Shown: positions 22,251-33,475, counted from the first letter of the stretch. The stretch: DNA of 64,000 bases from an uncultured Planctomycetota bacterium (GCA_963719315.1 CAVRBU010000002.1:2048001-2112000); one strand, 5' to 3'. Numbers and translations are program-made. The notes: a model not told the origin generated them from the letters alone.

Positions 22251-24434
22251 ATGGCCGCCACCACCACGCTTTCGCTGTCTTTCCCAGAAGCCGATATCGC
22301 CCTGCTCACGCTCGACGACCCGCAGTCGAGCGCGAACGTGATGTCGCGGCACGTGCTCGAGGCGCTCGAAAAGTACCTCAACGAGCTCGAGGGGCGTAAA
22401 AACCTGGCCGGCCTGGTGATCCGCTCGGCCAAGCCCGGCATGTTCATTGCCGGCGCCGATTTGAAGGAGTTCGCCACTTGGCTCGATGCTCCGAAGTCGG
22501 AGGTCGCCAGCTACTGCCGCCAAGGGCAGCAGCTTTTCGGCCGGCTGGCACGCGGTCATTGTGTCACGGTTGCGGCCATCGATGGCATCTGCGTGGGGGG
22601 CGGCGGCGAGTTCGCGATGTGGTGCGACCGGCGGATTTTTACGAGCAACGAAAAGACGGCCTTCGGTTTTCCCGAGGTGAAACTCGGCCTAATCCCCGGC
22701 TGGGGCGGCACCGCGCGTGCACCGCGAATGGTCGGGCTGTCGAATGCTATCGAACTGATCACGGGCGGAGAGACGATCGATCCACCCACGGCGGCGGCGA
22801 TGGGGTTGGCAAATGACGTGGTCGGGACGACCGGATCCGCCGGCGACGCCCTGCTCGCCGCTGCGATTCGCATGATTCGAGCCGAGCAAAAGTCGCAGGA
22901 TTTTCGCCGCGATCGCGATCGCTGGGCAGGTCCCATTTCTTCCATCAGCGAAACCGAACTTGGCTTTCTTGGGGCCACGGCGAGCGCCTACATCCAGCAG
23001 CAAACCAAGGGCAACTACCCCGCGCCGCTGGCCGCGCTGGAGGTCATGCTGGGCGCGGCCGGGCTTGATGTCGAAGCGGCCTGCCAGTTGGAGGCCGAAG
23101 AATTCGCGAAGCTCTTCGGCTCGCCGGTGAACCGCGCGCTATTGAACGTGTTCTTCCTCACCGATCGAAATAAGAAAGCAATTGCGGCAGGCGGCTCGCG
23201 GGACGCTGCGGCCACAAAAATCAAGATCACTTCAGCCGGCGTCGTCGGCGCCGGCGTGATGGGCCAAGGAATCGCCGCCGCGAACGTCCGGCGCAGCATC
23301 CCCGTCGCGCTGATGGACGCCGATCGGGCCGCACTCGCCCGGGGCGTGCAGGGAGTTTTGAGCGAAGTCGCGTACAACAAACAGATCAAAGGGCCCGACG
23401 TGAAGCGGGCCGTGGAACTCGCGCCGCTCGTGAACGGCACGACTTCAGACGCCGAGTTGTGCCAGGCAGATATCATCGTCGAAGCCATCATTGAAAAGCC
23501 TGACGCCAAGCAGCAATTGTACGCTCGTATTGAGCCGCTGATGACTGACGACGCCCTGCTTTGTTCCAACACGTCCACGATCCCAATCACGAAGTTGGCC
23601 AGCGGCCTCAAGCACCCCGAACGGTTTTGCGGCCTGCACTTTTTCAACCCCGTGCGACAAATGCCGCTAGTCGAAGTGATCCGTGGCCAGCAAACGAACG
23701 ATGCCACGATTGCCGCGGCGGCCGCGTACGCTCGCACGCTCGGCAAATCGCCAATCGTGATGAACGACGGCCCCGGCTTTCTGGTGAACCGGCTGTTGCT
23801 GCCCTATATGAACGAGGCCGCGGTCCTGTTGAGCGAGGGGGCCAGCATCAAAGACATCGAGCGGGCCGCTAAGTCGTTCGGTATGCCGATGGGGCCATTC
23901 ACGCTGTTCGACGTGGTGGGCATTGATGTCGCCGTTCACGCTGGCCGCACGATGGCCGCGGCGTTTCCTGAACGCGTGGTCGCCGCGCCACTTGTCGAAA
24001 AACTGTTCGAGCTCGGCCGCATCGGTCAGAAGGCCAGCAAGGGCTTCTTCGATTACGCGCCGGCCAAAGGCGGCAAGCCGCCGCGCGGCGCCGATAGCCC
24101 GGAAGTCGCCAAACTGATCGAAGCCGGCCGCACCGGTGCACCGCGAAAGTTGTCGCAAGAAGAGCTGACCGATCGGCTGTTCCTGCCGATGCTCGTCGAA
24201 GCGACGCGAATTCTGGAAGACAAAATTGTGACAGATGTCCGCGATGTGGACCTGGGCCTGATTCTGGGAATCGGATTTCCACCCTTCCGCGGAGGCCTGT
24301 TCTTCTGGGCCGACCAGATCGGCTCGGCGAAGATTCTCGAAAAACTAAAGCAATACGCACCACTCGGCAATCGCTACGAACCCACGGCGGTGCTGACCAA
24401 ACTCGCCGAAACCAATTCCAATTTCTACCATTAG
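22251..24434 (+). CDS. fadB: Fatty-acid oxidation complex alpha subunit (enoyl-CoA hydratase / 3-hydroxyacyl-CoA dehydrogenase)
   Basis: FIAGAD, GFPEVKLGLIPGWGG, GAGVMGQGIA, SNTSTIPI, GLHFFNPV, PGFLVNR. Confidence 0.93.
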   Translation: MAATTTLSLSFPEADIALLTLDDPQSSANVMSRHVLEALEKYLNELEGRKNLAGLVIRSAKPGMFIAGADLKEFATWLDAPKSEVASYCRQGQQLFGRLARGHCVTVAAIDGICVGGGGEFAMWCDRRIFTSNEKTAFGFPEVKLGLIPGWGGTARAPRMVGLSNAIELITGGETIDPPTAAAMGLANDVVGTTGSAGDALLAAAIRMIRAEQKSQDFRRDRDRWAGPISSISETELGFLGATASAYIQQQTKGNYPAPLAALEVMLGAAGLDVEAACQLEAEEFAKLFGSPVNRALLNVFFLTDRNKKAIAAGGSRDAAATKIKITSAGVVGAGVMGQGIAAANVRRSIPVALMDADRAALARGVQGVLSEVAYNKQIKGPDVKRAVELAPLVNGTTSDAELCQADIIVEAIIEKPDAKQQLYARIEPLMTDDALLCSNTSTIPITKLASGLKHPERFCGLHFFNPVRQMPLVEVIRGQQTNDATIAAAAAYARTLGKSPIVMNDGPGFLVNRLLLPYMNEAAVLLSEGASIKDIERAAKSFGMPMGPFTLFDVVGIDVAVHAGRTMAAAFPERVVAAPLVEKLFELGRIGQKASKGFFDYAPAKGGKPPRGADSPEVAKLIEAGRTGAPRKLSQEELTDRLFLPMLVEATRILEDKIVTDVRDVDLGLILGIGFPPFRGGLFFWADQIGSAKILEKLKQYAPLGNRYEPTAVLTKLAETNSNFYH

Positions 24435-24436
24435 GA

Positions 24437-24521
24437 AGGATTGAGGATACGGGATGCCAGGGAGCAGCGTAATTGAATACTTGTCTTTTCCCTCTCTCCT
24501 GTATCCCGAATCCTGAATCCT
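24437..24521. repeat. Inverted heptamer array (GGATACG-type)
   Basis: aggattgaggatacgggatg... / ...tcctgtatcccgaatcctgaatcct; same family as 53230-53307. Confidence 0.75.
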
Positions 24522-24525
24522 CGCT

Positions 24526-25683
24526 ATGAAAACCGCCGTTGTAGTTGAAGCTTGTCGCACGCCGGTTGGCCGGGCTCATGCGGAGAAGGGCGTCTTTCGC
24601 GACGTCCGTTCTGACGACCTCGCAGTGGCTGTGGTCCGCGCGATCGTCGAGCGCAGCGGCATCGACCCGGCGGCAATTGAAGACGTCGTTCTCGGAAACA
24701 CGCAGCAGCAGCGCGAGCAGGGTTTTAATGTGGCCCGATCCGTCGGATTAATGGCGGGGCTGCCGGTCGAGGCGGGCGGCGCGACCGTCAACCGCTTGTG
24801 CGGCAGCAGCTTGCAGGCGCTCGCCCAGGCGTCGCATGCGATCCTGGCCGAAGCGGAGGACGTGCAGATCGTCGGCGGCTTGGAGCACATGCACCACATT
24901 CCGATGGATGCGGGCATCGACCTCAATCCGAAGCTGTTCACGCGTACCAGCAAAGGCGCACTGATGATGGGCATCACCGCCGAGTTCCTGGCCCAATCGC
25001 AAGGCATCTCGCGCGAGACGCAGGACCGATTCGCGTTGGCCAGCCATCAAAAAGCCGCGGCGGCAACGACGTCCGGAGAATTCGCCGCCGAGATCGTCCC
25101 CATCTGGGGCCGCGACGAATCCGGCGACCGCACGCTCATCGAACGCGATCAATGCATTCGATTCGACGCGAGTATGGAAGCGCTGGCCGCACTGCAACCC
25201 GCGTTCATGCCCGGGATGGGCACGGTGACGGCCGGCAATAGTTCTCCGCTCAACGATGGCGCCGCCGCATTGCTCATCATGAGCGAAGAGAGCGCCAAGT
25301 CACTCGGCCTCACGCCGCTCGTGAAGGTCCGCGCGACGGCTGTAGCCGGCGTCGATCCGGCCGTGATGGGCACCGGCCCCGTTCCAGCCACGCAAAAAGC
25401 GCTCAAACGAGCCGGCTTGAAATTCGGCGATATCGACCTCGTGGAACTCAACGAAGCATTCGCGGCCCAGGCGATCGCCTGCATCCAAATGCTCAAAATG
25501 GATGAAGCCAAAGTGAACGTCCGCGGCGGAGCGATCGCCATCGGCCACCCACTCGGCGCCTCCGGCGCCCGCATCGCGACAACGCTCATCCACGCGATGC
25601 GCGACCGCAACGCCACGCTCGGCCTGGCCACTATGTGTATCGGCGTAGGTCAGGGGATTGCCGTCGTCTTCGAGAGGGTGTGA
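24526..25683 (+). CDS. fadA: 3-ketoacyl-CoA thiolase
   Basis: VNRLCGSS, NEAFAAQ, GHPLGASG, TMCIGVGQG. Confidence 0.95.
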   Translation: MKTAVVVEACRTPVGRAHAEKGVFRDVRSDDLAVAVVRAIVERSGIDPAAIEDVVLGNTQQQREQGFNVARSVGLMAGLPVEAGGATVNRLCGSSLQALAQASHAILAEAEDVQIVGGLEHMHHIPMDAGIDLNPKLFTRTSKGALMMGITAEFLAQSQGISRETQDRFALASHQKAAAATTSGEFAAEIVPIWGRDESGDRTLIERDQCIRFDASMEALAALQPAFMPGMGTVTAGNSSPLNDGAAALLIMSEESAKSLGLTPLVKVRATAVAGVDPAVMGTGPVPATQKALKRAGLKFGDIDLVELNEAFAAQAIACIQMLKMDEAKVNVRGGAIAIGHPLGASGARIATTLIHAMRDRNATLGLATMCIGVGQGIAVVFERV

Positions 25684-25703
25684 TGACTAGGCTCCGAATT
25701 CCG

Positions 25704-26027
25704 TCACGCTGGTTTACGGCGGCGTCGAATGGGTGTCATCGAGAGATCGAGTCTTCGTCCCAGCGCTGCGGCAATCCGCTGGAGCATCGATAGCGAGTGA
25801 CCCTCGTAGTCGGCGTCCTCTAGCCGGGCGATGACCTGCTGCTTGGTGCCGATTAGCTCGGCAAGTTGCTTTTGAGTGAGACGGGCCTTGTGGCGAGAGT
25901 CGTAAATCATTTGCGCTACGCGCAAATTGAGCTTTTCCTCTTCGATTTGCGCCCGCAGTTCCGGCGTGTCGCCCAGCATTCGAATGGCGATTTCCACTGC
26001 GTCGGTAATCGCTTTCTTCTTAGCCAT
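25704..26027 (-). CDS. HTH (HigA/Xre-like) antitoxin
   Basis: LTQKQLAELIGTKQQVIARLE; overlaps the toxin stop. Confidence 0.85.
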   Translation of the reverse strand: MAKKKAITDAVEIAIRMLGDTPELRAQIEEEKLNLRVAQMIYDSRHKARLTQKQLAELIGTKQQVIARLEDADYEGHSLSMLQRIAAALGRRLDLSMTPIRRRRKPA

Positions 26028-26418
26028 TGGTAGTCTCCTGGCGATGCGTGTGGAGTGTCGGATTCTTCTTGAATTGCTCCATTCGAGAAATAACCCGATC
26101 GATTTCCTTGGGTGGAACTGCGCCTTTCTTCGTTAGGCCGTGAGCCAGCACGATGACATTGCGACCATGATAGAAATACAAAACACGATGCTGCGAACGG
26201 CCCGTTCGTATCCGTAACTCATAAACGCCGTCCCGCAGGAAATCGGCAATGGGTCGTCGCAGTTCATGACCAAACTGACGCAGCAAATCGATTTGCGCGA
26301 TGCATTTGCTTACGGCGCACCGATCGCGTCGCCCTAGCTCCAGCAGCCAATCCAGCGCCGGCACTGACCCATCGGTGTCACAAAAGTAAACGACGACGGA
26401 GATAGGCGTACAATCCAT
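26020..26418 (-). CDS. RelE/HigB (Gp49-like) toxin
   Basis: LRRPIADFLRDGVYELRIR, HRVLYF, LAHGLTKK; toxin-first gene order. Confidence 0.85.
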   Translation of the reverse strand: MDCTPISVVVYFCDTDGSVPALDWLLELGRRDRCAVSKCIAQIDLLRQFGHELRRPIADFLRDGVYELRIRTGRSQHRVLYFYHGRNVIVLAHGLTKKGAVPPKEIDRVISRMEQFKKNPTLHTHRQETTNG

Positions 26419-26421
26419 TAT

Positions 26422-26437
26422 ACAACAATATTGTTGT
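26422..26437. promoter_or_regulatory. Palindromic operator, probably toxin-antitoxin autoregulation
   Basis: Perfect 16-bp palindrome acaacaatattgttgt directly upstream of the toxin start. Confidence 0.65.
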
Positions 26438-26486
26438 TCATGTCAATTGCGAGTGCGCGTGGGGGCGCAATTCAACTGGTAATGTC

Positions 26487-26515
26487 TTGACCCTATCCCC
26501 CCACCGCCTTAGAGT
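26487..26515 (+). promoter_or_regulatory. sigma70-like promoter
   Basis: TTGACC-N17-TAGAGT upstream of 26701. Confidence 0.5.
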
Positions 26516-26700
26516 AAGCAGTAGCAGCAGGTGAGAGTCGCGGCGGAGTAGCCCGCGCAGGTCGGTGGCGCGAGACGCAGTCGTACGATTCTTTTCTCTT
26601 TCATTCGGCCGTCGTCGATCGCTTGCTGGCGGAAGCAGAGTCCGGGTGGAATTAAGGCCCTCTTTAGCGGGCGCGAATCACGAGGCGGGAGGCTCTCATC

Positions 26701-27273
26701 ATGCAATTTGGCAAATCACTCGTGGGCGCGATCATCGGCGCCGCCGTGGGCATTGGGTTGTTGCTCGCCGTCTACCTGACGCTCGGCATCGACAAAATAT
26801 GGTTGTCGATTCCGTTTGCGATCATCACCGGCTTAGGCGTGAGAATGCTCGTCAGTACGTCGGGCCACGCCAGTTATGTGCGCGGGGCTTTGACCATGCT
26901 GATTGCCTTGGCGGCCTACATCGGCGGTTGGCTCCTCGTGGCAAAGGTTGCCACGGCTCGCGCCAACGCGCCGAGCCCCAATCCGGCCGCCGCGGCGGGC
27001 GATGCCGAAGCTCAGGATGGCGAGACGAAGGACGCCGAAGGCGCGGAGAAAACCGATCCGGTTGCACAGCCAAAAGTGATCGAGCGAGCAAGTGAAGCCG
27101 GAATACCGCGAGCCGCTGCGCCCAAACCAACGAATTACAGCCCGGCGGATATGATCTTCCTGGCGATCGCGGCGCTGGTGGCGTATGAATTGGGCCGCGG
27201 CTCGGGGATGGCCAAAAATACAGCCGGTCAACCCGGCCAGCCGTTGCCGGCCGATTCACATCCGGATGCTTGA
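26701..27273 (+). CDS. Hypothetical membrane protein (~4 TM)
   Basis: GGAGG RBS; hydrophobic helices. Confidence 0.75.
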   Translation: MQFGKSLVGAIIGAAVGIGLLLAVYLTLGIDKIWLSIPFAIITGLGVRMLVSTSGHASYVRGALTMLIALAAYIGGWLLVAKVATARANAPSPNPAAAAGDAEAQDGETKDAEGAEKTDPVAQPKVIERASEAGIPRAAAPKPTNYSPADMIFLAIAALVAYELGRGSGMAKNTAGQPGQPLPADSHPDA

Positions 27274-27438
27274 TCGCACCGAGGCGCAACTGAGTATTCG
27301 CACGTTGGCCGCACTACGGATTCAGCAAGCTGGCCGTCGGTGGAGTGGGCAGCGATGCCACTAAGCCCGTAAGCCCGCATCGCACGCGCGACGCAACTCG
27401 ACTTGTGTGCCGGACAACGCGCCCGCCGGCGCCAACCA

Positions 27439-28685
27439 TTAGCTCATCATGATATTGGCCACGCAGGCGTTGATGAATGCGACCAGCGTGCCACCGAGCA
27501 TCGCTCGCAGACCAAGCCTTGCCAAGTCGCCGCGCCGTTCGGCGCGATGCCGCCGATCCCACCGAGTTGAATGCCGATTGAGCTAAAGTTGGCAAATCCA
27601 CACAGGGCATACGTCATGATTTGCCGCGTCCGTTCGCTGATTTCAACCGCGCTGCCCGGCTTGGCCCACTCCGACAATTGGCCGTAAGCGATGAACTCGT
27701 TGGCCGCCATCTTCAGCCCCAGCAACTCGCCGGCCGGCGCGCAGTCTTTCCACTCAATCCCCATCAACCACGCAATGGGCTGAAAAATCCATCCGAGCGC
27801 GGCATTCAGCGACCAAACGTATTGAATCTTCTCTCCCTCCCCCGTCACAAACCCGAACTGCGCGCCCAGCCAGCCCAGGATCAAATTGACTAAGGCGATC
27901 AGAGCCAGGAACACGATCAACATCGCCCCCACGTTGAGCGCCAGCTGCAAGCCGCCGACGGCCCCGTTGGAAATTGCCTCAAGCACGTTGGCGCTGGGAT
28001 CTTTCACGTCGAGCTTCACGTGGCCGAGCGTCTTGGGTTCGTCGACTTCGGGCTGAAGAATTTTGGCGATCATCAGGCCGGCCGGCGCCGCCATGACCGA
28101 AGCGCTCAACAAGTTCTTTGCGCTGATTCCCATCTCGACATAGGCGGCCAACACGCCGCCCGCCATCGTGGCAAAGCCGCCGATCATGATCGCGTTCAAC
28201 TCGGAAATCGTCATGCTGGCAATGTAGGGCCGAATTACGAGCGGCGCCTCCGTCTGGCCGACGAAGATGTTGGCCGCTGCCGACAGCGTCTCCGCCCCGC
28301 TCGTGCCGAGCGTGAGTTGCATCAGGCGCGCAAACAGGCTCACGATGAACTGCATCACCCCGTAGTAATAGAAGATCGACATGAACGCCGAAAAGAAAAT
28401 GATCGTCGGCAGCACTTTGAACGCAAAGAAGTGCTCGGCATAGCCCGGCCCGAATACGAATTCGGATCCTGCACTGACGCAGGACAACAGCGTCGTGAAC
28501 GCCTTATCCAGGAGATCAAAGAAATCGCTGCCGTAGGTTGTCTGCAGGATGATTGCGGCAAAGGTGAATTGCAGCGCGAGACCGCCCACGATGATCCGCG
28601 GACTGACGCGACGCTTGTGCGAGCTCATGAGCCACGCTAAACCAATGAACACCAGGATGCCGAGAACGCTGATGAGGCGATGCAT
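27439..28685 (-). CDS. nupC: NupC/CNT nucleoside transporter; frameshift near 27540
   Basis: FAFKVLPTIIFFSA, NIFVGQTEAPL, NEFIAY, YALCGFANFSS; shifted tail ERRGDLARLGLRAMLGGTLV. Confidence 0.9.
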
Positions 28686-28897
28686 GCGAGTGCGTCAATA
28701 AATAAGTGTGGGAGATGCGTAACTTGGCAGAGAAGTGAAAGCGTTTGGAAAACTGATAGTAGCTCGCCGCTCTATCAGCGTCTATAACGGATTTGTAGGA
28801 GGCGCTTTCCCCGCCACTCCTAGTTGGCACAATGGTCAGCCGCGCCTTCCGGCTTCTGCCCGAAGGTACCCTCTTGCGGAAACGTGCTCAGCGGCGC

Positions 28898-31490
28898 TCA
28901 CTTCAGCACACCGCGAAGAAATTGCCCCGTGTAACTCGCTTCGCAAGCCGCGATCTCTTCCGGCGTGCCGGCCGCCACGATTCGCCCGCCGCCCGCGCCG
29001 CCTTCGGGACCGAGGTCGATTACCCAATCGGCCGTTTTGACCACATCCAAATTGTGTTCGATCACCAGCATCGAATTGTTCTGGTCCACGAGCCCGTTGA
29101 GCACCACGAGCAGCCGGCGGATGTCGTCGCTGTGCAGGCCGGTCGTGGGTTCATCCAGGATGTAGAGCGTATGCCCCGAACTCGGTCGGGCCAATTCCGT
29201 CGCCAGCTTGATGCGTTGGGCCTCGCCGCCGGAGAGCGTTGTGGAGGGCTGCCCCAACGTGAGGTAGCCCAAGCCAACGTCGACGAGCGTAGTCAACACG
29301 CGGTGGATCGAAGCGTGATTCGCAAAGAACTCAGCGGCCTCGCGAATGTTCATCGCCAGCACATCGGCAATCGATCGCTCCCGATAGCGAACGGCAAGCG
29401 TTTGGCGATTGAACCGCGCCCCGTGACACACGGGACAGGTCACCTCCAGATCGGGCAGGAAATTCATCGCCACGCGGCGGACGCCCTGTCCGTCGCATTC
29501 ACTGCACCGTCCACCCTTGGCATTGAAACTAAACCGGCCCGGGCCGTAACCCCGTTGCCGCGCCTGCTTGGTGCCGGCGAACACGCGACGGATCTCGTCC
29601 CACACAGCGGTATACGTGGCCGGGTTGCTCCGCGGCGTGCGGCCGATCGGCGACTGATCGACTTCCACCAGCCGCTCGAGCTGATTCACGCCGCGCAAAC
29701 CGCGGTGGGGCGCCGGACGCGCCTCGGCGCCGTTCAGTTTACGCGCCAGCGATCGGGCCAGCGTATCGACCACGAGTGAACTCTTGCCGGAGCCGCTGAC
29801 GCCCGTGATGCAGACGAACAGGCCGAGCGGGATTTCCACATCGACATCCTGCAAGTTGTTCGCCGTTGCGCCGCTGAGTTGCAGTACGCGCGATTTCACG
29901 AGCGGCCGCCGCTTGGTGGGCACCGGAATTCCTTGCCGGCCCGATAGATACGCACCGGTCAGCGAGGCTTCGAGCCTGCCGACAGCGGCGGGTGTTCCGT
30001 GAGCCACGATGCGCCCACCCAGGTGCCCGGCGCCCGGGCCGATGTCGATCAAATGATCGCTGGAGCGCATCGAGCGCCTCATCGTGCTCGACGACGACGA
30101 CGGTGTTGCCTTGCTGTTGCAAATCGCGAAGGGCGGAAATGAGACGATCGTTGTCGCGTGGATGGAGGCCAATCGACGGTTCGTCGAGCAGATACAGCAC
30201 GCCCACGAGTCCCGATCCGATTCCGGTCGCCAGCCGCACGCGTTGCCGTTCACCCCCGCTGAGCGTGTCGGCGGTGCGGTCGAGCGTAAGGTACTCGGTG
30301 CCCACGCGGTCGAGGAACGCGAGCCGCCGCACGATTTCCGCCACGATCGGTTCACCGACGGGCCGCTGGTCGTCGGCGAACGTGAGCTCGCGAAAGAACT
30401 TGATGGCCTCGGTGATCGAGAGGGCCGTGATCTCCTGGATCGCTAGGCCGCCGAGGCGACAAGCGCGAGCCTCGGGCCGCAATCGAGTGCCACCGCAATC
30501 GGGGCAGACGTGTGCAAAATCAACGACGGGTGGCTGGAGTCGAGTCGCAGACGAGCGCCCAGCGGCGCTGCGAGCTGGAGGCTCACTTCGTTCGATCCCA
30601 GCCACCCCTTCCGCAGCTACCGTTCCTAATCCGTGGCACGTCGGGCAGGCGCCGTACGGGCTATTGAAACTGAACGTCCGCGGCTCGATTTCGCCGATGC
30701 TCGTTTGGCACCGCGGGCATGCGTAGCGGGTGTTCAGCAGCCGCTCCTGCCAAGCCCCGTCGGCCACGCCCTTGATTTGATACACAATCGTGACGACGCC
30801 CTCGCCATGCCGGGCCGCTAGCCGCACCGATTCACCCAGTCGGGCGTCGATGCCGTCGCGAATCACGAGTCGATCGACGACGGCTTCGATGTCGTGCAAC
30901 TTTTGCGGGGCCAGCTTGGGGATTTCATCGAGCGGATACGTGGTTCCGTCGATGCGTGCCCGCACGAAGCCGGCTTTTTGGATCGCTTCGATCGCGTCGC
31001 GATGGCCGCCTTTCCGGCCACGGACCAGCGGGGCCATGAGCATGACCTTCGTTTCGGGCGGCAAGCTGCGAACCGTCTGTTCGATCTCGGCCAGCGTCTG
31101 CTGCACGATCGGCGTGCCGCACGCGGGACACAACACCGCGCCGACGCGGGCCATCAACAGCCGCAAATAGTCGTACACCTCCGTAATCGTGCCGACCGTG
31201 CTCCGCGGATTCGGCGCAGCCGGCTTCTGGTCGATCGCGATCGTAGGTTGCAGACCGTCGATGCGATCGACATCTGGCCGCTCCATCAGCTCGAAAAACT
31301 GCCGCGCGTAGAGCGACAGGCTTTGCACGTACTGCCGCTGTCCCTCGGCCAACAGCGTGTCGAACGCCAGCGAACTTTTGCCCGATCCACTCACACCCGT
31401 GATTACCACGAGCCGATTGCGGGGAATATTCACATCGACATCGTGCAGATTGTGCGTCCGAGCGCCGCGGACCTGAATGGCATCGGGCAT
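28898..31490 (-). CDS. uvrA: Excinuclease ABC subunit A, short variant; frameshift near 30070
   Basis: Two [11 protein letters not shown]alker A motifs; LSGGE x2; [25 protein letters not shown]. Confidence 0.93.
30528..30607. repeat. REP-like palindrome in-frame within uvrA
   Basis: gggtggctggagtcgagtcgcagacgagcgcccagc...gctggaggctcacttcgttcgatcccagccaccc. Confidence 0.75.
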
Positions 31491-31495
31491 GGTGT

Positions 31496-31975
31496 TTAAT
31501 ACCGCGCGCCGCTATTGCGCATATGAACCATCGGCTTGGCATCCGCCTCGATCATTTTTCCGCGCACGACTTTGGCCAGGAAGACGCGGTGGTCGCCCGA
31601 ATCGGCGTGGCCGGCTGGTTCACACTCCAGGTGGCCGAGCGAATCCTTGAGAATCGGCACGCCGCGGGCGCAGTGCAAGATTTCCAGTCCCTCGAACGCT
31701 GGCTCGCCCGGCTCGAAGCCTTTGTAGAAATGCCGCAGCAACTCTTTCTGCCCTTCGCGGACCAGATTGAGCACGAACGGTTGGCCCTCGGTCAGCCAAT
31801 CGCACACATAACGCCCGAGCTTGACGGCGACGCTCACCATCGGTGGCTCGAACCCGGCTTGCATCACCCAACTGGCAAGCATGCCCGTGGCCCGCGGTCC
31901 GGTGCCCACGCTCAAAATAAAAATGCCGCTCGGCACTTGGCCGAGAACGCGGTCAAACGATTTTGTGGTGCTCAT
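31496..31975 (-). CDS. Flavin reductase-like FMN-binding protein
   Basis: GMLASWVMQAGFEPPMVSVAV, LECE, GDHRVFLAKV. Confidence 0.9.
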   Translation of the reverse strand: MSTTKSFDRVLGQVPSGIFILSVGTGPRATGMLASWVMQAGFEPPMVSVAVKLGRYVCDWLTEGQPFVLNLVREGQKELLRHFYKGFEPGEPAFEGLEILHCARGVPILKDSLGHLECEPAGHADSGDHRVFLAKVVRGKMIEADAKPMVHMRNSGARY

Positions 31976-32387
31976 CGTGGGAACCTATTGAGCGAGTGGG
32001 GTGCCAAGCAATCGCGATGCACAAGATTCCAGGCTCGCGGTCGAGCGTTGCCGCTTCGCGTGAGCATGCAGGCGCGAATGAGAGTATGCCTCCCATCGCA
32101 CGCTGCCTGCATGACAGCAACTCGTTAACCGAGTGCGCGCGTTGCTGTCATGGCGCCGACGCGATTCCAGCGACAATCGATTGTAAACGACGGTGCGCGC
32201 CTCGTCGATGCATGCGCGCTAGCTGCCGCGATCCGTGGCGTTTCGATACACTGCTTTCCTCTGTTGCTGGCGAATCATATTCGCTAACTTGTGGCCCCAT
32301 TTGAACCGACTAGGACGTATGGGCGCTCCAGCGCCTGGCCCAGTATTTCCCGTCAACTTCGACCGACTTCTGCGGATTGCGCTCGCT

Positions 32388-33464
32388 ATGGTTCGTCGCT
32401 TACGTTGCAAGATTGTAACGCAATCGTTTGCGCTTGCGCTAGCGCTCCAGTTCGCAGTCGCGCTCTCCGCGAACGCACTGGCGCAAGAGCAATTGCCGAA
32501 TGGCGGCGGCGACGCATTTGCGAGCCAGAAGTGGGATACCGATGTGGTCGCTTGCCAATCGCCGGACGTGCTGCCAACGCCGCCGGGTGAAGCTTGGATC
32601 GCGCCGCCGGGTTTGCAGATGCAAGCGGCTCCGCCCGCTACGACATACACGGACCAAGCTTGGGGCGGACAGCCTGTCGTGCTGCCATGCCCGTCCGACG
32701 CCTGGTACTGGCAGGTGCTGCCTGATGGCTTGATCTATCACTCGTACTGGGCAGGCGTCCACGAGCCGCGGCTGGCCATCGTCATGCAGCGTATCTCCGG
32801 CGGTGATTCGTTCTTCGATGGCACCGCGGGCGGCCGCGTCGGCGTGTTGCGTTACGGCACTCCTGGCCCAATCTTTCCGCAAGGCTTTGAACTCGACGTC
32901 GAGGCCGCCGCCATGGTGCGGCTCACGCTCGACAAAATTCGGGACTTCGAAACGGCCGACTACCGCGTCGGCGTGCCGCTCACGTACGGCATCGACAATT
33001 GGCAATACAAGCTCGCCGTTTATCACTTGAGTTCGCACTTGGGTGATGAATTTGCCATCGCCAATCCGGGCAGTCTCGCCGACCGGATTAACTATGTGCG
33101 CGATGAAGTGGTGATCGGTGCGTCCTACTACCCGGCCGCCTGGTCTCGCCTCTATGCCGAGGCCGGTTATGCTTTCAACACCGATGGCGGTTCCGAACCG
33201 TGGGAATTCCAGTTCGGCACCGAGCTCTCCCAGCCTGGTCCAACGGGGCTGAATGGTACGCCGTTTCTTGCCATCAACGGCCACCTCCGCCAGGAAGTGG
33301 ATTTCGGCGGCGACATCAGCACGCAGCTCGGTTGGCTGTGGCGCGGCAATTCGGGCCAGGTCATGCGGCTCGGCTTGCACTACTTCAACGGCAAGTCGAG
33401 CCAGTTCCAGACGTTTAACCAGTTCGAGCAGCAGATCGGCCTCGGGCTGTGGTACGACTTCTAG
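32388..33464 (+). CDS. DUF1207-like outer-membrane beta-barrel protein
   Basis: Signal peptide; DYRVGVP, YHLSSHLGDEF, RINYVR; C-terminal GLGLWYDF. Confidence 0.75.
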   Translation: MVRRLRCKIVTQSFALALALQFAVALSANALAQEQLPNGGGDAFASQKWDTDVVACQSPDVLPTPPGEAWIAPPGLQMQAAPPATTYTDQAWGGQPVVLPCPSDAWYWQVLPDGLIYHSYWAGVHEPRLAIVMQRISGGDSFFDGTAGGRVGVLRYGTPGPIFPQGFELDVEAAAMVRLTLDKIRDFETADYRVGVPLTYGIDNWQYKLAVYHLSSHLGDEFAIANPGSLADRINYVRDEVVIGASYYPAAWSRLYAEAGYAFNTDGGSEPWEFQFGTELSQPGPTGLNGTPFLAINGHLRQEVDFGGDISTQLGWLWRGNSGQVMRLGLHYFNGKSSQFQTFNQFEQQIGLGLWYDF

Positions 33465-33475
33465 CAAGAGTCCTC

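Noticed and set aside
26516..26700. Leader of the 26701 gene as a riboswitch
   Set aside because: One long-range stem with G-U pairs is possible, but there is no recognisable aptamer or expression platform.
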